From NCBI GenBank assembly GCA_964654465.1, contig CAZZIO010000044.1:1-45631 (forward strand): 45,631 nt of DNA. Reading direction: 5' to 3'. Positions 11,073-19,278 of the stretch are shown here, piece after piece. The first letter of the stretch is position 1; each line of letters begins with the position of its first letter. Both the position numbers and the translations under genes were made by a program. The notes below the pieces were generated by a model. The model ran no database searches. It saw only the letters and a list, made by a program, of their open reading frames with translations, and had not been told where the DNA came from. This stretch comes from an uncultured Dictyoglomota bacterium (GTDB lineage: Bacteria > Dictyoglomota > Dictyoglomia > Dictyoglomales > Dictyoglomaceae).

Positions 11073-12040
11073 TTATATTGTCTATATTGATTTTCTTTAT
11101 TTTCTTGATTAGAAGTTATCAAGGGAATAGGGAAGCTTCTCATATTGGTATTTTAATGGATACTTTTGTTGATATAAGAATCTGGGGGAAAGACAGTTAT
11201 AGAGCTCTTAATGAATCTTGGGCTTTAATAGAAAATTTGAGTAAAAAAATTGACAGGTTCAACCCATATAGTGAAATAAGTAAGATCAATAAAAATGCTG
11301 GAAATTATGTTGAAATTTCTTATGACATTGTAGACATTATAAAAAAGGCTAAATATTTTGCTCAGATTACAAACGGTTATTTTGATCCAACAATAGCTCC
11401 TCTCATGAGGATTTGGGGATTTTATGATAAAAATTACAGAGTTCCTTACAAAAAAGAGATTGAAGATAAACTTCAATATGTGAATTATAGAAAAATTCAT
11501 ATAAAAGGAAACAAAGTTATGATAGAAAAGGGAATGGAAATAGATTTGGGGGGTATTGCTAAAGGATATTTAATGGATAAAATATTTGAAGTTTTGAGAA
11601 AATATTCTATAGATAGGGCTGTTTTGAATTTTGGAGGACAAGTTGGAGTTTATGGAAGAACTCAGAAAGGAACTCTTTGGGAAGTAAGTATCAAGCATCC
11701 CCGTAAAGATCAAGGTTTTATTGGAAAAGTATGCATAAAAGAAGGTTCTGTTTCTACGTCGGGAGATTATGAAAGATTTTTTATTAAAGACAATGAGAGA
11801 TATTGTCATATAATTAATCCTAAAAATGGATATCCATCAAACTCCGTTATAAGTGTTAGTGTGATAAGTAAAAGTGGAACAGAAGCTGATGCTTTATCAA
11901 CAGCTTTTTTTGTTTTAGGTAAAGATGCCATATCTTTGTGGAAAGAAAAATTTTCTTACTTAGGCTTAGTTATTGTTTTTCCAAATTTAAATGTATGGTA
12001 TTCTCCTAATCTGGAATTTAAAGTGGAGAGTAAAAAGTGA
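11036..12040 (+). CDS. apbE: FAD:protein FMN transferase (ApbE family)
   Basis: DLGGIAKGY, STSGDYERFF, HIINP, ADALSTA; N-terminal membrane anchor. Start uncertain (ATG 11036 or TTG 11015). Confidence 0.94.
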   Translation: MSNKGAYIIKALIILSILIFFIFLIRSYQGNREASHIGILMDTFVDIRIWGKDSYRALNESWALIENLSKKIDRFNPYSEISKINKNAGNYVEISYDIVDIIKKAKYFAQITNGYFDPTIAPLMRIWGFYDKNYRVPYKKEIEDKLQYVNYRKIHIKGNKVMIEKGMEIDLGGIAKGYLMDKIFEVLRKYSIDRAVLNFGGQVGVYGRTQKGTLWEVSIKHPRKDQGFIGKVCIKEGSVSTSGDYERFFIKDNERYCHIINPKNGYPSNSVISVSVISKSGTEADALSTAFFVLGKDAISLWKEKFSYLGLVIVFPNLNVWYSPNLEFKVESKK

Positions 12041-12564
12041 AAAGGATAAAGGAAAATAAAGTTGTTTATATTACTACCTTAGGTTTAATGATATCCTTAG
12101 CTTGTGTTCTCTATTATTTTGAAAGTATTTTTATCTCTCCCTTTCTTTTTCTACCAGGTGGAAAAGTTGGAATTGCAAATTTAGTTCCCTTAGTTGCTAT
12201 TTATACCGTAGGTATAAAAGAGGCTATAATTATAACTGTACTTAGAGTTATAATAGTTAATATAATTATGGGAAGATTTTTAGATATCTCTTTTTATTTA
12301 GGGTTTTTTGGTGGATTGATAAGTAATCTTTTTATGGGTTTTTTTTCAAAAACCTCAATAAGTGTTATAAATAATAGCATTATAGGAGCGATTATTCATA
12401 ATATGACCCAACTTTTTATAGTTGCCTTTTTCATTTTTCATAAGGGTATTTTTTACTACGCTCCATTCCTTATCATTTTTGGGTTTTTAGCAGGTCTTTT
12501 TAATGGAATAGTGGGGGGGTATCTAATAAAATATATTAAAAACTATTTAGGGGGTGACCTATGA
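12037..12564 (+). CDS. Gx transporter family membrane protein (heptaprenyl diphosphate synthase component I / EetB-like)
   Basis: PGGKVGIANL motif, S..GAIIHN.TQL motif, about 5-6 TM helices; GTG start overlapping apbE stop. Confidence 0.85.
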   Translation: MKRIKENKVVYITTLGLMISLACVLYYFESIFISPFLFLPGGKVGIANLVPLVAIYTVGIKEAIIITVLRVIIVNIIMGRFLDISFYLGFFGGLISNLFMGFFSKTSISVINNSIIGAIIHNMTQLFIVAFFIFHKGIFYYAPFLIIFGFLAGLFNGIVGGYLIKYIKNYLGGDL

Positions 12565-12806
12565 GAAGAAGTAAAATGTCTACAAAACTTCTAATCTTTC
12601 TTATTGTTCTGGGACTAATTGTGGGTGGAGTTATTGCTGAGGCATTTGGAGATAAGTTAGAATTTTTAAAGAAGGGATTAAATATTGGCTTTTCCCCAGT
12701 TACTCTTAACATGTATTTTTTTACTTTCACATTAGGATTTGATTTAAAAATTAATTTGGGTGGAGCCTTAGGAGTATTAATTGTGTTGCTTTTTTGTAAT
12801 ATTTAG
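12561..12806 (+). CDS. Small membrane protein, DUF4321-like
   Basis: LGLIVGGVIAE, GFSPVTLNM.FFTFTLGF.LKINL.GALG pattern recalled for DUF4321; alternative start 12576. Confidence 0.7.
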   Translation: MRRSKMSTKLLIFLIVLGLIVGGVIAEAFGDKLEFLKKGLNIGFSPVTLNMYFFTFTLGFDLKINLGGALGVLIVLLFCNI

Positions 12807-12821
12807 AGTTATAATTTAACT

Positions 12822-13631
12822 ATGGGTAGTAGAGATTTTATAGAGGGGTTAAAAAACAAAGGTTTTTTCGTCTTTATAGGGTTTTTTATACTCTATATAC
12901 TTTTATTGTTTTTGATTGTTTTTATTACTTCTATGAATGGATCTCTAAATCTTTGGGCAGAGAAGATAAAAATTTATGCTTTTGTAAATCCAAAAACTTC
13001 TGATTCTGATATAGTTAAATTATTGATAGATTTAAAATCTAATTTTCATTTCAAGGAAGCAACTTATATAACCCAGAAGGAGGCCTGGGAGAAGCTAAAG
13101 GAAGTTGTAGGAAGAGAGAATGATATTTTTGCTTGGGGATCACCTGATTCTTTGCCTAAAACTATCGAAATAACCCCATCTTTATTAGAAAATATACATG
13201 ATATTATAAGGTATCTTCTTAATTATAACTTTGTTGAAGAGGTAAGATATCCTGAGGAAATGGTTACTCAATGGTATAATTTGCAGGGCTTAGTAGAGAT
13301 CATTAAGAAGATTTTTACATACTTAGGTAGTTTGTCTTTTCTTTTATTGTCTGTTGAATTACTTACTCATACTCATCTTGCTTATCCCATACTTTCAGTA
13401 CCATCTCAAATAATGGAGAATGTAATAATAACAACAATATCCTTTTTTTCTGCATTGGCTTCCATATATTTCTTGGGGAACATTTTTAAAGATCATATAT
13501 CAACAATACTTCCTTATTTCTCTTATGTATTTGATTTAAAACACATCTTGATATGGATTTTTTATTTTGTAATATCCAACGTAATTATTAGTTTCACTTC
13601 TGCCTTAATAAGCTTTCAGAGGCTTAGATGA
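12822..13631 (+). CDS. ftsX: Divergent FtsX-like membrane protein
   Basis: TM1, FtsX-type extracellular domain (IYAFV...YITQKEAWEKL...LPKTIEI...VEEVRY), three more TM helices; upstream of coiled-coil M23 peptidase and ctpA. Confidence 0.78.
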   Translation: MGSRDFIEGLKNKGFFVFIGFFILYILLLFLIVFITSMNGSLNLWAEKIKIYAFVNPKTSDSDIVKLLIDLKSNFHFKEATYITQKEAWEKLKEVVGRENDIFAWGSPDSLPKTIEITPSLLENIHDIIRYLLNYNFVEEVRYPEEMVTQWYNLQGLVEIIKKIFTYLGSLSFLLLSVELLTHTHLAYPILSVPSQIMENVIITTISFFSALASIYFLGNIFKDHISTILPYFSYVFDLKHILIWIFYFVISNVIISFTSALISFQRLR

Positions 13632-14758
13632 AAAGGATAATTACAGTAACAGTTGTTCTATCACTATTGTTAGTACCCATATTTACATGGGGTAACGTAG
13701 ATTATACCATACTTCAAAAACAAAAAGAATTGCAGAAAAAAAGAGAGCAAATAAATAGTTTAAAGATGCAAGTTAAAAATTTAGAAAAGAAGGAATTGAA
13801 TATTGTTCAAGAAATAAGCAAAATTGATATGGATCTTGATAAAGCAGAAAGAGATCTTAGTATGGCGGAAACGAAACTTAGAGAAGCTCAAGCAAAATTG
13901 GTGGTATTATCAACACAATTAAGTATAATGCAAAGAAATTTAAGATATAGAAGTTTAAACTACAAAGAATCCTTAGGTGATATTTTTAAAACTATACAAC
14001 CTAAGATATATTTAGATATTATCTTTACACAGAATACATTTGCTTCTATTGCTGTTCCATATTATTTGAAGATATTAATGAAGAAAGAAGTAAATAGACT
14101 ACAAAGTATTGATAAACAATGTAAAGATATAGATAAGAAGAAAAAAGAATGGGAGGCTGAAAAAAGGAAGGTTGAACTTTTAGTGAAGGATATATCAGAA
14201 AGAAAAGGATATATAGAAGCAAAGAAGAAAGAAAGAAAAGCCTTTCTTCAGAAAATTAGGGAGCAAAAAAGGTATCAGCAACAAGTTATTGCAACCTTAG
14301 AGCGAGAGTCAAAGGAGATTGAGAATTTTATAAAGAGATTGGCATCTTCTAAAATTCAAAAAGCTAAAAAAGGATACCTCTCTTGGCCTGTTATTGGGAG
14401 TGTTACTTCTGGATTTGGTATGAGGAGACATCCTATACTTGGAGGAGCTCCTCTTTTCCATACTGGTATAGATATTTCAGCAGATTATGGAACACCTATA
14501 AGAGCAGTAGCTTCTGGCAGAGTTATTTTTGCTGGATGGTATGGTGGATATGGAAATATGATAATAATAGATCATGGAGGTAATATATCTACTGTTTATG
14601 GACATCTGTCAAGGATAGCTGTAAGATCTGGAGAAGAAGTTTCTGAGGGTGATATAATTGGATATGTAGGAAGTACAGGTTTAAGTACAGGTCCCCACTT
14701 ACATTTTGAGGTGAGAGTAAATGGTGAACCTGTAGATCCAATAAATTGGTTAAAATAA
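13628..14758 (+). CDS. Coiled-coil M23/LytM murein endopeptidase (EnvC-like architecture)
   Basis: Signal peptide, long coiled coil, C-terminal M23 domain with intact HTGID and HLH zinc ligands. Confidence 0.92.
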   Translation: MKRIITVTVVLSLLLVPIFTWGNVDYTILQKQKELQKKREQINSLKMQVKNLEKKELNIVQEISKIDMDLDKAERDLSMAETKLREAQAKLVVLSTQLSIMQRNLRYRSLNYKESLGDIFKTIQPKIYLDIIFTQNTFASIAVPYYLKILMKKEVNRLQSIDKQCKDIDKKKKEWEAEKRKVELLVKDISERKGYIEAKKKERKAFLQKIREQKRYQQQVIATLERESKEIENFIKRLASSKIQKAKKGYLSWPVIGSVTSGFGMRRHPILGGAPLFHTGIDISADYGTPIRAVASGRVIFAGWYGGYGNMIIIDHGGNISTVYGHLSRIAVRSGEEVSEGDIIGYVGSTGLSTGPHLHFEVRVNGEPVDPINWLK

Positions 14759-14773
14759 TAGAAGGAGGAAAGA

Positions 14774-16027
14774 ATGAGATTTAAAAAGAGAATTTTAATA
14801 ATTGTTTTCATTGCTTTAATAACTGTATTTTTAATCTCAAAATTAAATATAGCTAAGGATTCTATTGATGACATTATTACAAGTGTTAGGGTTTTTATTG
14901 AAACTGTTTATTATGTAAGAAATGCGTATATTGAGAAAAATTTAGACAATAAGAAATTAGAGTATGAAGCAATAAGAGGATATTTAAAGGCTTTAGACGA
15001 TCCATATACCGAATTTTTTGATCCAAAAGCTTTTAGGACCTTTACAGAGGATATGCAGGGTTCTTTTGGTGGGGTTGGAATGAGGCTTGAGTCTAAGGAC
15101 GGTAAAATTTTAGTTGTATCACCTATAGAAGGAACACCAGCTTTCAAGGCAGGTATAAAACCTGGGGATCAGATAGTGGAAGTGGATGGACAAAGTGTGG
15201 TTGATAAACCTTTAGATCTTGTGGTTTCTATGATTAGAGGGGAGGTAGGTAAAGAGGTAAAAATAAAAATATATAGAGAATCAGAGAAGAAATATTATGA
15301 GTTTGTTTTAAAGAGAGCGCTTATAGAAGTGCCTGTTGTGGAATATAAGGTTTTAGATAATAATATTGGTTATATAAGATTTTATGAATTTACTCAAAAC
15401 TCACCTCAAAAATTATCTGATGCATTTAGAGCATTGGAGAAGAAAGTAAGCGGAGTAATATTAGATCTTAGAAATAACCCAGGGGGAGATTTAAAAGCTG
15501 CAGTTACTATAGCAAGTTTCTTTATTTCCGAAAATGATCAAGTAAAAACTATTATTAAAGATAATAATACATCTAAAACATTTGATACAAAAGGTATAAT
15601 TGTTTATAGACAGGATAGGGATAAAAGATTATATGGAGAGAAAGTAGTAAAAGGAACATATAAATGGAATAAGCCTTTAATAGTTCTTGTTAATAGGTAT
15701 TCTGCAAGTGCATCTGAGATTTTGTCAGGAGCTATAAATGACTATAATAAAGGTATATTAGTAGGAGAGAAAACTTTTGGTAAAGGAGTAGTTCAAACAA
15801 TTTTCACTCTTTCAGATGGATCAGCTGTTAAAATAACTACAGAAAAATATTTACTTCCATCAGGTAGAGATATAAATAAAGAAGGTATAGTTCCAGAGGT
15901 ATTAGTAGAGATGGCCCCAGAGAGTGTGGGTAGGGATAATGATATTCAGCTAAATAGAGCTATAGAAATATTGAAAAAGAATATCTCTCTTTTGAGGGAT
16001 AAAACTAAATTATTATTAAGAAAATAG
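14774..16027 (+). CDS. ctpA: Carboxyl-terminal processing protease, S41A family
   Basis: LDDPYT, PDZ (GVGM...SPIEGTPA), DLRNNPGG, SASASE catalytic Ser, TFGKG. Confidence 0.95.
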   Translation: MRFKKRILIIVFIALITVFLISKLNIAKDSIDDIITSVRVFIETVYYVRNAYIEKNLDNKKLEYEAIRGYLKALDDPYTEFFDPKAFRTFTEDMQGSFGGVGMRLESKDGKILVVSPIEGTPAFKAGIKPGDQIVEVDGQSVVDKPLDLVVSMIRGEVGKEVKIKIYRESEKKYYEFVLKRALIEVPVVEYKVLDNNIGYIRFYEFTQNSPQKLSDAFRALEKKVSGVILDLRNNPGGDLKAAVTIASFFISENDQVKTIIKDNNTSKTFDTKGIIVYRQDRDKRLYGEKVVKGTYKWNKPLIVLVNRYSASASEILSGAINDYNKGILVGEKTFGKGVVQTIFTLSDGSAVKITTEKYLLPSGRDINKEGIVPEVLVEMAPESVGRDNDIQLNRAIEILKKNISLLRDKTKLLLRK

Positions 16028-16585
16028 ATGTTTGATAAAAAAGAAAAAATAATTATCATAATTTTTGTATGTTTAGTTATTGTTTTTACTGTATTTAACT
16101 TATTTGGAAAGGAACAAAAAATATTAGAAGAGGATGTAAATAGTTTTATAGTAGTACATGTGGCAGGAGAAGTTAAGATTCCTGGGGTGTATAAATTACG
16201 AGATGGAGCAAGGGTTATTGATGCTATAAATGTGGCAGGTGGTCCCTTACCCTCTGCTGATTTAGATAAGCTTAACCTTGCAGATTATTTGAAAGACGCA
16301 TCAAAAATAAACGTTCCTTCCAAAGTCCAGTACTTAAATTCAGTCATATCTTCTAAAGAAGAATTAAGAACTTCGGTTGGTATTTCAACTAATGATAAGA
16401 TTAATATAAATACTGCTTCCAAACAACAACTTGAAACTTTACCTGGAATTGGAACTACCCTTGCTCAAAGAATAATTGATTATAGAAATGAACACGGATT
16501 ATTTACTTCTTATGATGATCTATTAAATGTTAAGGGAATAGGAGAAAAGAAACTTGAAAAAATAAAAGATAAAATTACTTGGTGA
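16028..16585 (+). CDS. comEA: Competence DNA receptor ComEA
   Basis: TM anchor, SLBB domain VHVAGEV..PGVY, HhH domain ININTAS..QLETLPGIG...VKGIG. Confidence 0.95.
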   Translation: MFDKKEKIIIIIFVCLVIVFTVFNLFGKEQKILEEDVNSFIVVHVAGEVKIPGVYKLRDGARVIDAINVAGGPLPSADLDKLNLADYLKDASKINVPSKVQYLNSVISSKEELRTSVGISTNDKININTASKQQLETLPGIGTTLAQRIIDYRNEHGLFTSYDDLLNVKGIGEKKLEKIKDKITW

Positions 16586-16588
16586 CTT

Positions 16589-17917
16589 TTGGGAATACCT
16601 TATTCATTTATTTTTTTAATAAGTTATGTGGTAGGAATAATTATATCCAAATATCATTTTAGTTTTGGAGTACCCTTTTTTATTCTTGCTTCTTTCATCT
16701 TTTTAAGGAAAAGATTTTTACTTATTTTCTTATCTTTGTCTTTTTTCTTTCTTGGATCTTTGTTATATAAGGTATCATCACCTCAATATGAACTTTTTCA
16801 TAAAAAATATCATGAGATTTATGCAGAGGTAAAAGATGTGAGATTTTCCCAAAAATATATACAATATGTTATAAAAGCAGATATTAGTAAGGAAGAATTT
16901 ATTATGTCTGTTGGTAAAAGTGTCAGATATGAAGTGGGAGATGTACTTCTTTTAAGAGGAGTAGAATATTATCCATTAGAAAATAATAATATTTGGAGTG
17001 AAAGTATTATATATAAAATAAAGGTTAAGGAGATGCAATTAGTCGGACATAGATACCAAAATAGATTTAAGCTTTTAAGGTTAAAATTTAAAAAATATGT
17101 TGATCACATTTTGGGTTTTTATAGTGATGATAAAAAAGAATTTATCAAGGCTATTACAATTGGAGAGAAATTAGGACTAAATAAAGATATAAAAGAGATA
17201 TTTTCTGAAACTGGTACTTCTCATTTGTTAGCAATTTCAGGTTTACATGTTTCTTTGTTAATAGGAATTTTTATTAACTTTTTACCTTTTAGGAAAGTAT
17301 TGAGCAGAATTATTTTTCTTCCCATACTTATTTTTTATGGTTATATTATTGGAGATAATCCACCTATATGGAGAGTTATAGGGGAATATATCTTTCTACT
17401 TTTAGCTTTTCTTTTTAGACGTGAAGAAGATACTTTGAACGCAGTTTTCTGGGTTGCATTGATTAATCTTATAATATTTCCGTTAAAGCTTTTTAATTTA
17501 AGCTTTCAACTTTCTTATCTTTCCATGTTAGGTCTTCTGTATAAGCCTCAATTTCCTAAGTTTTTACCAAAATTTTTTCAGGAAATTTGGGAAAGCTCTT
17601 TTTGGTTAATGATATTTTTATCTCCTCTTTACCTTTACTATTTTAAGAAAATTTGTTTTATCTCAATTCTTTCAAATATTTTTTCAATTCCCATATTCTA
17701 TATTATTTTAATTTTTAGTTTTTTATTATTTTTTATTAATATTTATCCAATTAATCATATTTTGGTAAAACTATTATCTATTTTGATTGACATTCTGCTA
17801 AATGGTTTGCAATTCATTCTTTCTCATTATAAAATTAGTCTTGTAATTTCCTTATTTCTTATCTTTTTACCAATAATTATGAGGAAAAGAGAGGATTATG
17901 AATTACTGGGAGTTTAG
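16589..17917 (+). CDS. comEC: ComEC/Rec2 family competence protein (short form)
   Basis: GTSHLLAISGLH motif, SFQLSY, many TM helices; TTG start; between comEA and holA. Confidence 0.9.
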   Translation: MGIPYSFIFLISYVVGIIISKYHFSFGVPFFILASFIFLRKRFLLIFLSLSFFFLGSLLYKVSSPQYELFHKKYHEIYAEVKDVRFSQKYIQYVIKADISKEEFIMSVGKSVRYEVGDVLLLRGVEYYPLENNNIWSESIIYKIKVKEMQLVGHRYQNRFKLLRLKFKKYVDHILGFYSDDKKEFIKAITIGEKLGLNKDIKEIFSETGTSHLLAISGLHVSLLIGIFINFLPFRKVLSRIIFLPILIFYGYIIGDNPPIWRVIGEYIFLLLAFLFRREEDTLNAVFWVALINLIIFPLKLFNLSFQLSYLSMLGLLYKPQFPKFLPKFFQEIWESSFWLMIFLSPLYLYYFKKICFISILSNIFSIPIFYIILIFSFLLFFINIYPINHILVKLLSILIDILLNGLQFILSHYKISLVISLFLIFLPIIMRKREDYELLGV

Positions 17918-18881
17918 GCACTCATTAAAAGAAAAGAAGTTTTCTCCTGTTTACCTTTTTATAGGTGAAGAAAAATTTTTAATGGAAGAAGCTTTATTGG
18001 AACTTAAGAAAGTGAGATTTAAAGAATTTAACTATGTGGCCTTTTTTGGAGATGAAATAAATTGGAATGATCTTCTCCCATATTTAGAATCACCTCCGCT
18101 TTTAGGGAATCAATTTATTGTAGTCAGGCATGCCCAAGATCTTAAAGATCAAAATATTCCAAAAAAATTAGAGATTTTATTTAGAAGAATGACTAATACT
18201 TGTTTAGTTTTTATGGCTAATGCTGAAGAAGAAAAACCCAAAAAGATTTCTTTTTCAAAAATGATACCCCCAGAAGGAGTTGTAGAGTTTACTAAATTTA
18301 GGACTGATGCCTTGAGAAAGTGGATAAAAGAAAAATTCCAAGAGAAGGGTAAAAATATTGATGATGAAAGTATATATTTTCTATCATCTTATTATTCTGA
18401 AAATATAGGATTACTTATTCAAGAGATTGAGAAAGTGTGTATTTTTGCTATAGATAAAAAGGATATTACAATTGATGTTTTTAAGGGATTACTCTCTCCT
18501 GTGGAGATAGCCTTTTATACTTTTTTAGATGCTATTTTGAGGAGAGATTTCTATCTTGCTTTGTCTGGAATTGATACTTTATTTAATGAAGGAACATATC
18601 CTCAAGTTATATTGGAAATCCTTATTAGACAAATGAGACAACTTCTAAGAGCAAATGCGTTGTTTAAAGATGGGTATTCAAGTGAAGAGATTAGGGAAAA
18701 ACTTGGTTTACATCCCTTTGTAGTAAAAAAGCTTTTAGATGCATTAACAAAATACTCTGCCGCAGAAATTTTTGAGATATATCTTCTTCTGCGGCAGACT
18801 GATTTGGAGTTTAAGACTACAGCTAAAGATCCAAGAGTACTTTTGGAAAAAGTACTGCTAAAAATCGGGGCTAAGATTTGA
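17898..18881 (+). CDS. holA: DNA polymerase III subunit delta
   Basis: PVYLFIGEEKFL, QEIEKV, LGLHPFVVKK, D..FKT; conserved comEC-holA-rpsT-lepA neighbourhood. Confidence 0.93.
   Translation: MNYWEFRHSLKEKKFSPVYLFIGEEKFLMEEALLELKKVRFKEFNYVAFFGDEINWNDLLPYLESPPLLGNQFIVVRHAQDLKDQNIPKKLEILFRRMTNTCLVFMANAEEEKPKKISFSKMIPPEGVVEFTKFRTDALRKWIKEKFQEKGKNIDDESIYFLSSYYSENIGLLIQEIEKVCIFAIDKKDITIDVFKGLLSPVEIAFYTFLDAILRRDFYLALSGIDTLFNEGTYPQVILEILIRQMRQLLRANALFKDGYSSEEIREKLGLHPFVVKKLLDALTKYSAAEIFEIYLLLRQTDLEFKTTAKDPRVLLEKVLLKIGAKI
18746..18798 (-). terminator. Candidate intrinsic terminator for rpsT embedded in holA
   Basis: Perfect 12-bp inverted repeat TCTGCCGCAGAA (18756-18767) / TTCTGCGGCAGA (18787-18798), followed on the minus strand by GTATTTTGTT. 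Confidence 0.55.
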
Positions 18882-19146
18882 CAGCAAGTTTTTCGTTAAG
18901 AAGCTTCATGAGTTTTGATTTCTTTCTTGCTGCAGTATTTTTATGAAGAGTTCCTTTTTGTGCTGCTTTGTCTATTGCACTTATTACTTCTGGAAGAATT
19001 TTTTTAGCTTCTTCTATTTTATTTTCTTTGAGGAGATTAAGAAACTGTTTTGTATAAAATTTAATTTTTCCAATTCTTACACGATTTCTAATTCTGTTTC
19101 TTTCACTTATCTTTATTCTTTTAATTGCAGATTTTGTATTTGCCAT
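18871..19146 (-). CDS. rpsT: 30S ribosomal protein S20
   Basis: MANTKSAIKR...IDKAAQKGTLHKNTAARKKSKL. Confidence 0.99.
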   Translation of the reverse strand: MANTKSAIKRIKISERNRIRNRVRIGKIKFYTKQFLNLLKENKIEEAKKILPEVISAIDKAAQKGTLHKNTAARKKSKLMKLLNEKLAVKS

Positions 19147-19193
19147 ATTCCTTTTCCCTCTCCTTTATAAAAATTTTTGATTTAACAGTGTGA

Positions 19194-19222
19194 ATTATAC
19201 CATAAAATTAAAATAGTTCAAA
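19194..19222 (-). promoter_or_regulatory. Putative rpsT promoter
   Basis: Minus-strand extended -10 TGGTATAAT (19202-19194) with TTGAAC 16 bp upstream. Confidence 0.6.
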
Positions 19223-19246
19223 AGATTTTACAAAATGTTATATAAT
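19217..19246 (+). promoter_or_regulatory. Putative lepA operon promoter
   Basis: TTCAAA (19217-19222), 18 bp, TATAAT (19241-19246); -35 overlaps the rpsT -35. Confidence 0.55.
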
Positions 19247-19278
19247 CAAAAATATGGCAAAGATTGGGAGGAGGATTT

